From Mobula hypostoma (Eukaryota): a stretch of DNA of 64,000 bases. The notes below the pieces were generated by a model, which was not told the DNA's origin, searched no databases, and saw only the letters and a program-made list of their open reading frames with translations. Positions 1 through 11,763 of this stretch are shown here, in pieces. Both the position numbers and the translations under genes were made by a program. The stretch spans positions 20,398,001-20,462,000 of the forward strand of contig NC_086108.1 of assembly GCF_963921235.1 (NCBI RefSeq), given 5' to 3'. Each line of letters opens with the position of its first letter. The stretch's first letter is position 1.

Positions 1-929
1 TAGCTACTTGTAGAAGTGGATACCAGGGTTTATTGTTCAGTGGCCTGACTGTGACATTAATTTTTCATTTTAGAGAAAAAATGGTCATGAAACTTAGCTT
101 GTGCTTACAGTTTGTTTGAAAACAACAGGTTCATATTGTATTCAATAATAATTGCCAATCATTGGTGTTGCGTTTCATAATAGAATTGGTTCTGACTAAG
201 ATGTTTGGCAAGATCTACATTGTCAACTTTGTTCCAAGCAGTTGTTAATACCCAATTTATTCTGACATTTATTTGGCAACTAGAGCAGTGTTTAAGTGCT
301 AATAGCTGAACATTTAGTTTCAGAACCTAGTGCTGTTGCAGATTGTCTTTCTGAAATGTTCTCCAGCAGATGTAGAATGTTACTTATTAAATGCTCTTTC
401 TATCAGTTTTCAATCTCTCTTCCAACATTTTGTGTGGACCTCATCAAAAAAGGAACGCAAAGCTTGAATTTGCACTGTCTTCTTCAGACAACTGTAGAAT
501 GCATCATCTAATTAATTTGAATACAAGGAAGCCCAAAGAAACCTTTCATAAGGTTCTGTCAGAATGGATGTCATTGCCGTAAATGATAGCTCCTTCATCT
601 CCCCATGGAACACTTTGCGTTGGATGGTGGGGGATGTGGGGGTACCATTTGTAGATAGCCAATTTTCACTAACTCTTGTAGAGGTCATTGCTATCACTTA
701 TGTCAAGATATTTTCATAAATAATGGATGTCATCCTCAGAGATAGCTGTCTGTGTCTCTCTTTCTGCTCCAATGAAAGGACCTGCAAGTTATGAAGCCTT
801 TTGACCAATGAGGAATACTTTACAGCTTCCTTAATGAGATATGTTTTGCAGCTTCCTCTATTTCAGCCACATTAAATGTAGAAACTCTAGGCCCATTATT
901 TTTATACTTTTCCAGCAGAAACTGTCTTT

Positions 930-1630
930 GAAAGTGAATCCATATGTTGTGGGAACAGATCAGTGATGGTACAGTGAAGGTAAGTGAAGCTAGCCGCTGA
1001 TGGTTGAGGGGTAATAACCTTTCCTGAATCTGGTCGTACAGGTCCTGAAGCTCCTGTACCACCTTCCTGATGTCCTCAGTGAGAAGACAGCATGGCCTGT
1101 ATGGTGGGGGTCCTTGATGATGGATGCTGCTTTCTGTGATAGCGCTCCCTGTAGATGTGCTCAAAGGTGGGGAGAGCTTTACTCATGAGGGACTGGGTTG
1201 TATCTGCTACTTTTTGTAAGCTTTTATTCAAATGCTTTGGTGTTTCCATACCAAGCTGTTATGCAACCAGTCAATACACTCTCCACCACATATCTATAGC
1301 ACTTTGTCAAAGTTTTAGATGACGTGTCAAATCCTCACAAACTTCTAAGAAAGTAGAGGCACTATGGTGCATTTTTGTAATGGCACTTACAAGCTGGACC
1401 CAGGCATATCCTCTGAATTGATAACACCGAGAATTTTAAAGTTGCTGACCTTCTCCACCTCTGATCCCTTGATGAGGACTGTCTCATGGACCTTGTTTTC
1501 CTCCTCCTGAAGTCAGTAATCATCTCCTTGGTCTGCTGACAGAGGCTGTTGCTGTGGCACCACTCAGCCAGATTTTCATTCTCCCTCTTATATGCTGATA
1601 TATCACCACCTTTGTTTCGGCCAACAACAT
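930..1630 (-). mobile_element. Rex1/Babar-type LINE, decayed 3' fragment
   Basis: Minus strand reads like the Rex1 ORF C-terminus (PSGRWYRSFRTCTTRFRKGYYPST). It is homologous to the copies at 20527-21119, 34511-35503 and 43531-44168. Confidence 0.75.
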
Positions 1631-1642
1631 CGAAAAGTAATA

Positions 1643-2703
1643 CAGGTGTCCCCCGCTTTTTGAACGTTCCTTTTATGAAACCTCACTGTTACAAAAGACC
1701 TACATTAGTACCCTGTTTTTGCTTTCAGGAGATGTTTTCACTGTTACGAAGAAAGGCAGTGCGCGATAAAAAATCAGCGCGCAAAAAAAATCAGTGTGCG
1801 ATAAAAGGCAGCGCACACCCCGAGCAGCCGCTCTGCCCCGGATTCGGAATGGCATTGCTTTAACGTGTGCCTGTGAGCAGCCATTTGCAAGATGAGTTCT
1901 AAGGTGTTGGAAAAGCCTGGAAGAGTAAGGGTGTTACACTTAGCGTAAAACTAGACATAATTAAGCATTTCGATCGTGGCGAACGAAGTAAGGACAAAGT
2001 GAGTTTGGCTTGTGGAAGCGTCGCCTCTGATCTGGGCCGACAGTTACATGTCGGCGGCGCCTAATTAATTAGCATATTTATTTCAGCTTTTTTTCTTAAA
2101 GATATACTGTGTGCCTCCTGGCTACTGTTGCATTCTTCACGGCAATGTATTGGGTCGGTGGCCCGGAGGGTGGGGGCCACTGCACCACCCAACCTGCGAC
2201 GACTCAGTCTAACACACCATCATCAGTGTGCTCGGCGCTGTTTTCCCAATTCCGGTAAGTGATACTACACTGTACATACATTATTTCTACTTTATATAGG
2301 CTGTGTATTTTTACACGTTATTTGGTATGATTTGGCAGCCTCATAGCTTAAAGGTTACTGGAGAGCGTGTTTATGCCAACAGCGCTTGCGTGAGATTTTC
2401 TGCTGGGAGTGGCTTGCGTGAGATTTTCGCTACGGAGATCTGTGCAGGCAATCGTTGTAGAGAAGTATTTCTACTTTATATAGGCTGTGTGTTTATCATA
2501 TCATTCCTGCTGTTACTATATGTTACCGTTATTTTAGGTTTTATGTGTTATTTGTCATGACTTGGTAGGTTATTTTTGGGTCTGCCAACGCTCTCAAAAT
2601 TTTCCCATATAAATAAATGGTAATTGCTTCTTCGCTCTATGACATTTCGGCTTACGAACCATTTCATAGGAACGTTCTACCTTCGGATGGCGGGGGAAAC
2701 CTG
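1643..2703 (+). mobile_element. Tigger/pogo-type internally deleted DNA transposon
   Basis: TIRs CAGGTGTCCCCCGC and GCGGGGGAAACCTG with TA duplicated at 1641-1642 and 2704-2705. A CENP-B-type HTH remnant KGVTLSVKLDIIKHFDRGERSKD lies at ~1927-1995. Confidence 0.9.
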
Positions 2704-3849
2704 TATCGATTCTCCTACCTTTTCCTTTCCCACCTCCAGATCCTAAGCACACCTCACAGGTGACGTAGTGATTCACTTATACAACTTCCAGTTGACTTAC
2801 CCAAACTTCCTGAATGGGGAAACCAAAAATAAAATGGGTGCAAAACACCTCTGAGAGTCCACAAGGCATACATCCAGTTAAATTCCCCATCTCACTCCCA
2901 TCAATATCTTCTACACTGTTCCAACAAAGCCTAAGGAATGCCATCTCATCTTCTGACAAGGCATATTATAGCCCTCAGGTGGTTCAGTGGGCAGCTTAGT
3001 CACTTATCCTGCATAGCAAGCCAAACCAAACTGCTCCTTCAATTGGCTCAAAGAAGCAGTCTGAACCTTCGACAAGAACTTCTTGTTGGTCTACAAGTGC
3101 ATCCATGGAGACTCAAAGTGAAAGGAAACAGACTTCCAGCAGCCAGATTGTGGTCACACAAGGTGAGGTGTGATGTTACACTTGGTATTGAAATGGGAAA
3201 AAAACATTAATATGTGTAATTTCACAGAAAAAATGTTATGATTTCGGATTTTTGGATTTTTTTACACACAAGAAGTATTGAAATGTGTCTTCATTTGGGG
3301 CAAATAATTTCCTTCATCATGCAAGAAAGTTGACACTGGTGGGGTAGCTACTGGCATCGGTGGAGACTCTGCCATGCCTCACTGAGAATGGTTGCTGATG
3401 GAAAACTGCCAGCAATGTCACTACTAAGGCACCCATTGAAGCAGCTTCACACCAATAAAAGCACTCTCTGTTAGCTTTAGCACACTGTCAAATGTTTCAG
3501 CAGCTCGCAATGAGTTCTGAGCCTGCACAGTCAGGTCTCTAATTTCCAGAGTATGCTCCTTTAAATGGATAAAAACTCTAAAAGTAACACAATACATTGT
3601 TAGTGTTCATGAAGGTTAATCATTGCACTCAAAAGCTTCAATTTATGCTCCAAAGGAGGAAACATGAAAGGCCTGAATTGTAATGTCACTATGTTTGTGA
3701 CTGATGCTAGAAAAATGTGAGGTGTTCCAAAGTGAAATGTCCAGACCTATTTCTCATCAGAGGTACTCACATAAATGACTTACCCCTTGTAAAATAGCCT
3801 TTATGTGCAATTTTTTTTACATGAAAATGGTCCAATTTCCAGGAATTTG

Positions 3850-4174
3850 AGGAGATTTGGCAGGTTGGAGATTTTGTAACTCTTACAGTTTCTGTATATG
3901 TGTGGCGAAGAGCATTCCGAATGGCTGCGTCATAACCTGGCGTGGAAGCACCAAAGCACAGGACCACAAGGGGCTGCAGAGAGTTGCAGACTCAACCATC
4001 TCCATCGTGGGCTCAACCTCCCCACCACTGAGGACATTTTCAAGAGGTGGTGACTCAAGAAAGTAGCATTTAACATTAAAGAACCCCACCATCAGGATGT
4101 GTTCTTTCCTCAGTGCTCCTACCAGGGAAATAAGAGGGAGCCTGAAGACACACTCAATGATTCAAAAGCAGCTT
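3850..4174 (+). mobile_element. Old Rex1-type LINE fragment
   Basis: ORF 3857-4066 contains SIPNGCVITWRGSTKAQDHKGLQRV, the Rex1 SILTGCITVWYG...RKxLQRV motif. Confidence 0.7.
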
Positions 4175-4282
4175 CATTTTGGGTCAAAACCCTGCATCAG
4201 GTTGTGACCCAAAATGCTGACAATTCTTTTCCTCCCACAGATGATGCTCAGCCTATCAAATTCTTCTAGCAGATTGTTTGTT
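4175..4282 (+). mobile_element. Penelope terminal-repeat remnant with inverted duplication
   Basis: Similar to the Penelope end at 31673-31772. Two 17-bp inverted arms at 4175-4191 and 4200-4216. Confidence 0.65.
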
Positions 4283-4375
4283 ATTACTTTCCACAACTGG
4301 AGGTCATGTTGCTTTAGTGGCTACACTCCACCGAGAGCACAAATAATTTCCAGGACATAGAGAGATGTTTTTTCA

Positions 4376-4917
4376 GAAACATAGAAAACCTACAGCACAA
4401 ACTTGTGCCGACCATGTCCCTATCTTAGAAATTACTAGGCTTACCCATAGCCCTCTATTTTACCTATATAGTTCCATGTACCTATCCATAAGTCTCTTAA
4501 AAGACCCTATCGTATCCGCCTCCACCACTGTCGCCGGCAGCCCATTCCACGCACTCACCACTCTCTGAGTAAAAAACTTACCCCTGACATCTCCTCTATA
4601 CCTACTCCCCAGCACCTTAAACCTGTGTCCTCTTGTGGCAACCATTTCAGCCCTGGGAAAAAGCCTCTGACTATCCACACGATCAATGCATCGCATCATC
4701 TTATACACCTCTATCAGGTCACCTCTCATCCTCCGTCGCTCCAAGGAGAAAAGGCCGAGTTCATTCAACCTGTTTTCATAAGGCATGCTCCCCAATCCAA
4801 GCAACATCCTTGTAAATCTCCTCTGCACCCTTTCTATGGCTTCCACATCCTTCCTGTAGTGAGACGAACAGAACTGAGCATAGTACTGCAAATGGGGCCT
4901 GACCAGGGTCCAATATA
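4376..4917 (-). mobile_element. CR1 LINE 3' part (host copy, continues at 8841)
   Basis: ORF 4460-4963 has LVRPHLQY...ERVQRRFTRM...LERRRMRGDLIEVYK, followed by a CR1 3' UTR. Confidence 0.92.
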
Positions 4918-4979
4918 CATAGAACTTAGAATAGTACAGCACAGTACAGGCCCTTCTGCCCACAATGTTGTGCCGACCC

Positions 4980-7770
4980 TCAAACCCTGCCTCCCATATA
5001 AGCCCCCACCTTAGATTCCTCCATATACCTGTCTAGTAGTCTCTTAAACTTCATTAGTGTATCTGCCTCCATCACTGACTCAGGCAGTGCATTCCACGCA
5101 CCAACCACCCTCTGAGTAAAAAACCTTCCTCTAATATCCCCCGTGAACTTCCCACCCCTTACCTTAAAGCCATGTCCTCTTGTATTGGGCAGTGGTGCCC
5201 TGGGGAAGACGCGCTGGCTATCCACTCTATCTATTCCTCTTACTATCTTGTACACCTCTATCATGTCTCCTCTCATCCTCCTTCTCTCCAAAGAGTAAAG
5301 CCCTAGCTCCCTTAATCTCCGATCATAATGCATACTTTCTAAACCAGGCAGCATCCTGGTAAATCTCCTCTGTACCCTTTCCAATGCTTCCACATTCTTC
5401 CTATAGTGAGGTGACCAGAACTGGAACACAGTACTCCAAGTGTGGCCTAACCAGAGTTTTATAGAGCTGCATCATTACATCGCGACTCTTAAACTCTATC
5501 CCTCGACTTATGAAAGCTAACACCCCATAAGCTTTCTTAACTACCCTATCCACCTGTGAGGCAACTTTCAGGGATCTGTGGACATGTACCCCGAGATCCC
5601 TCTGCTCCTCCACACTATCAAGTATCCTGCCATTTACTTTGTACTCTGCCTTGGAGTTTGTCCTTCCAAAGTGTACCACCTCACACTTCTCTGGGTTGAA
5701 CTCCATCTGCCACTTCTCAGCCCACTTCTGCATCCTATCAATGTCTCTCTGCAATCTTTGACAATCCTCTACACTATCTACAACACCACTAACCTTTGTG
5801 TCGTCTGCAAACTTGCCAGCCCACCCTTCTACCCCCACATCCAGGTCGTTAATAAAAATCACGAAAAGTAGAGGGCCCAGAACAGATCCTTGGGGAACAC
5901 CACTAGTCACAATCCTCCAATCTGAACGTACTCCCTCCACCACCACCCTCTGCCTTCTGCAGGCAAGCCAATTCTGAATCCACCTCGCCAAACTTCCCTG
6001 AATCCCATGCCTTCTAGCTTTCTGAATAAGCCTACCATGTGGAACCTTGTCAAATGCCTTACTAAAATCCATATAGATCACATCCAGTGCACTACCCTCA
6101 TCTATATGCCTGGTCACCTCCTCAAAGAACTTTATCAGGCTTGTTAAACACGATCTGCCCTTCACAAAGCCATGCTGACTGTCCCTGATCAGACCATGAT
6201 TCTCTAAATGCCTATAGATCCTATCTCTAAGAATCTTTTCCAACAGCTTTCCCACCACAGACGTAAGGCTCACTGGTCTATAATTACCCGGACTATCCCT
6301 ACTACATTTTTTGAACAAGGGAACAACAGTCGCCTCCCTCCAATCCTCCGGTACCATTCCCGTGGACAACGAGGACATAAAGATCCTAGCCAGAGGCTCA
6401 GCAATCTCTTCTCTCGCTCGTGGAGCAGCCTGGGGAATATTCCGTCAGGACCCGGGGACTTATCTGTCCTAATGTATTTTAACAACTCCAACACCTCCTC
6501 TCCCTTAATATCAACATGCTCCAGAACATCAACCTCACTCATATTGTCCTCACCATCATCAAGTTCCCTCTCATTGGTGAATACCGAAGAGAAGTATTCA
6601 TTGAGGACCTCACTCACTTCCACAGCCTCCAGGCACATCTTCCCACCTTTATCTCTAATTGGTCCTACCTTCACTCCTGTCATCCTTTTTTTCTTCACAT
6701 AATTGAAGAATGCCTTGGGGTTTTCCTTTACCCTACTCGCCAAGGCCTTCTCATGCCCCCTTCTTGCTCTTCTCAGCCCCTTCTTCTTTCTTGCTTCCCT
6801 ATATTCCTCAATAGACCCATCTGATCCTTGCTTCCTAAACCTCATGTATGCTGCCTTCTTCCACCTGACTAGATTTTCCACCTCACTTGTCACCCATGGT
6901 TCCTTCACCCTACCATTCCTTATCTTCCTCACCGGGATAAATTTATCCCTTACATCCCGCAAGAGATCTCTAAACATCGACCACATGTCCATAGTACATT
7001 TCCCTGCAAAAACTTCATCCTAATTCACACCCGCAAGTTCTAGCCTTATAGCCTCATAATTTGCCTTTCCCCAATTAAAAATTTTCCTGTCCTCTTTGAT
7101 TCTATCCTTTTCCATGATAATTATAAAGGCCAGGGAGCGGTGGTCACTGCCCCCCAGATGCTCACCCACTGAGAGATCTGTGACCTGACCCGGTTCATTA
7201 CCTGGTACTAGATCTAGTATGGCATTCCCCCTGGTCGGCCTGTCAACATACTGAGACAGGAATCCATCCTGGGCACACTTAACAAACTCTGCCCCATCTA
7301 AACCTTTGGAGCTAATCAGGTGCCAATCAATATTAGGGAAGTTAAAGTCACCCATGATAACAACCCTGTTATTTTTGCACCTTTCCAAAATCTGCCTTCC
7401 AATCTGTTCCTCTGTGTCTCTGCTGCTACCAGGGGGCCTATAGAATACCCCCAGTAGAGTAACTGCTCCCTTTCTGTTCCTGACTTCCACCCGTATTGAC
7501 TCAAAAGAGGATCCTGCTACATTACCCACCCTTTCTGTAGCTGTAGTAGTATCCCTGACCAGTAATGCCACCCCTCCTCCCCTTTTTCTGCCCTCTCTAT
7601 CCCTCTTAAAGCACTGAAATCCAGGAATATTGAGAATCCATTCCTGCCCTGGTGCCAGCCAAATCTCTGTAATGGCCACTACATCATAATTCTATGTATG
7701 TATCCAAGCTCTCAGTTCATCACCTTTGTTCCTGATGCTTCTTGCATTGAGGTACACACATTTCAGCCCT
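4980..7770 (-). pseudogene. CR1 ORF2 (APE endonuclease + reverse transcriptase), frameshifted
   Basis: ORF pieces 7020-7679, 6270-6992, 5401-6378 and 4980-5429 are consecutive parts of one ORF2. Confidence 0.92.
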
Positions 7771-7895
7771 TCTACCTTACTGTCTTTACACCGTTTATTC
7801 TGCTTTCCTCAAAGCCTCTCTATATGTTAGATCTGGCTTTACTCCATGCACTCCTTTCACTGCTCCATCACTCTGGGTCCCATCCCCCTCGCAAA

Positions 7896-8831
7896 TTAGT
7901 TTAAACCCTCCCGAACCATGCTAGCAAACCTACCTGCAAAGATATTGCTCCCCCTCGAGTTCAGGTGCAACCCATCCAATCTGTACAGGTCCCACCTTCC
8001 CCAGAAGAGATCCCAGTGATCTAAAAATTTAAAACCCTGCTCCCTGCACCAACTCCTCAGCCACGCATTCAACTGCCATCTCCTCCAGTTCTTACCATCT
8101 CTGTCACGTAGCACTGGCAGCAATCCTGAAAACGTCACTCTTGAGGTCCTGTTCTTCAGCCTTCTGCCTAATTCCCGAAACTCACACTTCAGGACCTCAT
8201 CCCTTTTCCTGCCTATGTCGTTGGTCCCAACATGTATCACGACTTCTGGTTGCTGTCCCTCTCGTACCAGGATGTCGTGCATCTGGTCAGAGACATTCTG
8301 GACCCTGGCACCCAGGAGGCAACAAACCATGCGGGTGTCCTTCTCACGTCCACAAAATCTCCTGTCTGCTTCCCTGACTATAGTCTCCAATGACGACAGC
8401 TCTCCTCTTCTCCATCCCACCCTTCTGCACCACAGGGTCAGACTCAGTGCCGGAGGCCCTGCCACCGTGGCTCACACCTGGTCGGTCGTCCCCGCCAACA
8501 GTATCCAGGACGGTAAACATTATTCAGGGGAATGGCCACAGGGGTGCTCTGCACTACCTGTCTGCTCACCTTCGCTTTCCCCCCTCTGACTGACACCCAA
8601 CGACCTGCTTCCGACAGCCTAGGTGTGACTACCTCCCTGTAGCTCTCATCTATGACTGCCTCATTCTCCCTTATGAGTCAAAGGTCATCCAGCTGCTGCT
8701 CCAGATTCCTTACACTGTCTTCCAGATCGCCCAGCCGTATGCACTTCTGGCAGATGTGACTGTGGGAGAGGGGCGTTCCCCCAAGACTGCCACATCTCAC
8801 ATGAGAGGAACATCACCATCTCAGGAGACAT
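7896..8831 (-). pseudogene. CR1 ORF1: Cys/leucine-zipper N-terminus + SGNH esterase
   Basis: ATG at 8831 gives MSPEMVMFLSCEMW...HICQKCIRLGDLEDSVRNLEQQLDDL*. Downstream are VIHVGTNDIG and DGLHLN. Confidence 0.88.
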
Positions 8832-8840
8832 TGTAAAAAC

Positions 8841-9322
8841 TAGCTGCAACATTACCTCTCGGCTCCTAAATTCAATTCCAAGATTGATGAAGGCCTATAC
8901 ACAGTACACCTTCTTAACCACAGAGTCAACCTGTGCAGCTGCTTTGAGCGTCCTGTGGACTCAGACCCCAAGATCCCTCGGATCCTCCACACTGCCAAGA
9001 GTCTTACCATTAATACTATATTCTGCCATCATATCTGACCTACCGAAATGAACCACTTCACACTTATCTGGGTTGAACTCCATCTGCTACTCCTCAGCCC
9101 AGTTTTGCATCCTATCAATGTCCCGTTGTAACCTCTGACAGCCTTCCACACTATCTACAACACCCTCAACCTTTGTATCATCAGAAAACTTACTAAACCA
9201 TCCCTCCACTTCCTCATCCAGGTCATTTATAAAAATCACGAAGGGTAAGGATCCCAGAACAGATCCCTGAGGCACATCACTGGTCACTGACCTCCATGCA
9301 GAAAATGACCCGTCTACAACCA
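8841..9322 (-). mobile_element. CR1 LINE, continuation of the host copy at 4376-4917
   Basis: ORF 9087-9452 has VPQGSVLG...KFSDDTK. The sequence joins 4917 to restore GACCAGGGTCCAATATAGCTGCAAC. Confidence 0.88.
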
Positions 9323-9997
9323 AAACTAAAGTTTTTGGGGGGGAATTCAGAGAAACCGTGAATTTCTTGGTTATTAGAGTCATCAAGTTGTATAGAATGG
9401 AAACAGGTTCTTCAGTCTGACTTGTCCAAGATGACCAAGATGCTAATCCCATTTTCCTGCATTTGGCCCATATCCCTGTATGCCCTTCCTAGCCATTAGC
9501 TGTCCAAGTTCTTGTTAAATACTATGATTGTGATTGTATCTCTCTCCACCAACTCGCATGGCAGCTTGTTCCATATATTCACCACCCTTTAGTGTGAAAA
9601 ATATTGCCCTTCAGATCCACATTAAATCTTTTCCCTCTCAACCCAAACTAGGTATATCTTCTCGTTTAGACTCATGTATCCTAGGAAAAAAATCTGTGAC
9701 CATCTACCCTCTCTCTGCCCTTCATAATTTTATAAACCTTTATAAGGTCACCCCTAGGCCTCTTACACTCCAGTGAGACCAGTCTCAGCCTATCCAACCT
9801 CTCCTTGTAATTAAAGCCCTGTGTTCCAGGCAACACCCTGGCGAATCACACAATATTCCATTGTCTTGTTCAGCTGCAACATGATAATCCATCTCTGGTA
9901 CTCAATACCCTTCCCTATGCAGGCAAGCAGGCTAAGTGCCTTCTGTGTTACCCTATTCATCTGAGTTGCCGTTTTTAGGCAGCTGTGAACTTGTACC

Positions 9998-10547
9998 ATG
10001 GTTTTCGGTTGGGCGCCAGATGCTCGGAGAGATTTGGTGGGGGGCGAGTGCCCGGCGTTTGGCCGGGGGGCCATGGTCGAGTGGTCAGCGACTTGGGCCG
10101 GCTCCCCCACCGGACTTAGTCTGGTGAGGAGAATGTGAGGACACCCAGCAGGACTGAAAAAAAACAAGACCTGACAAAGGGCGGATGAGCTCCTTGTGAG
10201 CCAATGGCCATCTACCATGGAAGAGATTAAAACCTCACCACCTATCTACGAATTGTATGCAATGCACCTAGTTAGAAGAGACATGATGAACTTGGGCGCT
10301 GCACCGTGTGCCTGGACCTGCCCAAGGCCTCCGCCTAAGGAAGGGCCGAGCTCAAAGATGCGGCCGCGGCTGGAGGCCGACATGGCCTCAGGCTCGAGTT
10401 TGGTGGGACGGCAGCGGGCGGTGCCAAGGTGGCCAGCGAGAACAAACTGGAGGAGAGGCTGTACTCGGTGCTGTCGCAAGATCGAAGAAGATGGAGGTGC
10501 ATAGCTGCCAACCCCGGATTCGGGACGGCACCCACTGACTGACTGAC
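9998..10547 (+). mobile_element. Non-autonomous RTE/RTE-X-like retroposon (5' UTR-like head + ORF 3' tail)
   Basis: Perfect 12-bp TSD TGAACTTGTACC at 9986-9997 and 10548-10559, and an (ACTG)n 3' tail. Removing 10296-10474 restores DMMNLAQDRRRWR, the RTE C-terminal AxDRxxWR motif. GC- and CpG-rich. Confidence 0.85.
10298..10474 (+). pseudogene. ZFTRAF1: Circularly permuted fragment of ZFTRAF1 (CYHR1) coding sequence
   Basis: 10441-10474 encodes [11 protein letters not shown]+T and 10298-10333 encodes GC+[11 protein letters not shown]. Joined end-to-start they give [22 protein letters not shown], which I recognise from memory as vertebrate ZFTRAF1/CYHR1. Confidence 0.85.
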
Positions 10548-11334
10548 TGAACTTGTACCCCAAGGTCCCTCTGTACATCAATGCTTCTGAAATCCCTGCT
10601 GTTTTCTGTGTCTATCTGGCCTGTGTTAGATGACCTAAAATATATTACCTTACATTAAATGGGCTAAATTCCATTTGTTATTGCTCTGCGCCCAGCTTTT
10701 CACATAATCTATGTCATTCCCTATTCTTAGGTAACACAAACACCAAATCTACAATTCCACCAATCTTCTTGTCATCAGCAGACATTCTCATTCAAGTCAT
10801 TTATATGTATGACAAACTACTAAAGTCCCAGCACCCTTCACTGCGGTACACCACTGGTTATATCTTTCCAGTCAGGAAAACAACCGCCCACCACTACCTT
10901 CCTGTTCCTATCATAAAGCCAATTTTGGATCCAGTTTGCCAAAATACCTGAGGCCTCATATACCCTAAAATTCTGGACAGCGTACCATGTAGGACCTTAT
11001 AAAAAGCCTTGTTAAAATTCAAGCATTCTACTTCTACTACCTAGCCTTTATTAATTTTCTCAATAACCTGCTCAAAATATTCAATCTGATTTGTAAGGCA
11101 GGATTAAGGCAAGACATTATTCCATACTGACTTCCTTTAATAATTTCCTGCCTTTTCATAAGTCAAATTCCTAAGATGTTTTCCCAATTGTATCCCTGCT
11201 ACTGATGTAAGGCACACTAGCCTGTAGTTTCCTGGCTTCTCTTTACTGCCTTTTTTGATTTTAGGAACAACATTAGCCAACTTTCAGTCTTCCAGTACTT
11301 CAATCATGGCTAATTGTCACCTGCCCTATTCTAC

Positions 11335-11763
11335 CATTGTGTGGAAGGAGCTACCAGCAGAAGTGGTAGATGTGGGTTCAGTTGGAACATTTAAGAGAAG
11401 TTTTGATAGCTACATGGATGGGAAATGTTTGGGTGCAGGTCGATGAGACTGGGCAGATCAGGTCGGCATGGACTAGATGGATCGAAGGGCTAGTTTCCAT
11501 GCTATAGTACTCTATGATTAGAGAGGAGATATAGGAGCCTGAAGTCCTGTATTCACTTATTTAGCAACAGCCTCTTCACCAATACCATCAGGTTTTCTGA
11601 ATGAACCATGAACCCGTAAACACTACCTTGTTATTCCCTTTTTTTGCACTATTTATTTACTTTGTAATTTTCAGCACAGGAACTTTCTGGCTTTGTGCCG
11701 TGCTGCTGCTGCAAAAGAATCAATTTCAGAATGTCAGAGGTAATATATCTGATTCAGATTCTG
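11335..11763 (+). mobile_element. CR1 3' end (to ~11519) followed by a Rex1-type 3' end
   Basis: WKELPAEVVDVGSVGTFKRSFDSYM plus a CR1 3' UTR, then RRYRSL-like sequence and a (GATTCT)n-like tail. Confidence 0.75.

Larger units (their letters stand above)
4918..8840 (-). mobile_element. Near full-length CR1 LINE (ORF1 + ORF2, disrupted) nested in another CR1
   Basis: 3' tail CATAGAACTTAGAATAG at 4918. RT motifs (DFSKAFD, GVPQGSVLGP, FADD), APE endonuclease (GDFN, SDH) and an SGNH esterase ORF1 are present. The host CR1 resumes at 8841 with TA shared at both junctions. Confidence 0.95.
9375..11330 (-). mobile_element. Old CR1 LINE fragment, split by the insertion at 9998-10547
   Basis: Decayed 3' UTR and RT motifs on both sides of the insertion (LLACIGKGIEYQ...MLQL; PGNYRLV). 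Confidence 0.75.

Noticed and set aside
545..660. Minus-strand KWYPHIPHH resembling the Rho GTPase KWYPEVRHH motif
   Set aside because: Flanked by stops with no other GTPase motif or splice support; likely chance.
10196..10581. ORFs 10196-10504, 10246-10581, 10308-10538 and 10335-10535 as real genes
   Set aside because: They are by-products of GC-rich sequence in a TSD-flanked insertion. The recognisable peptide is permuted and frameshifted.
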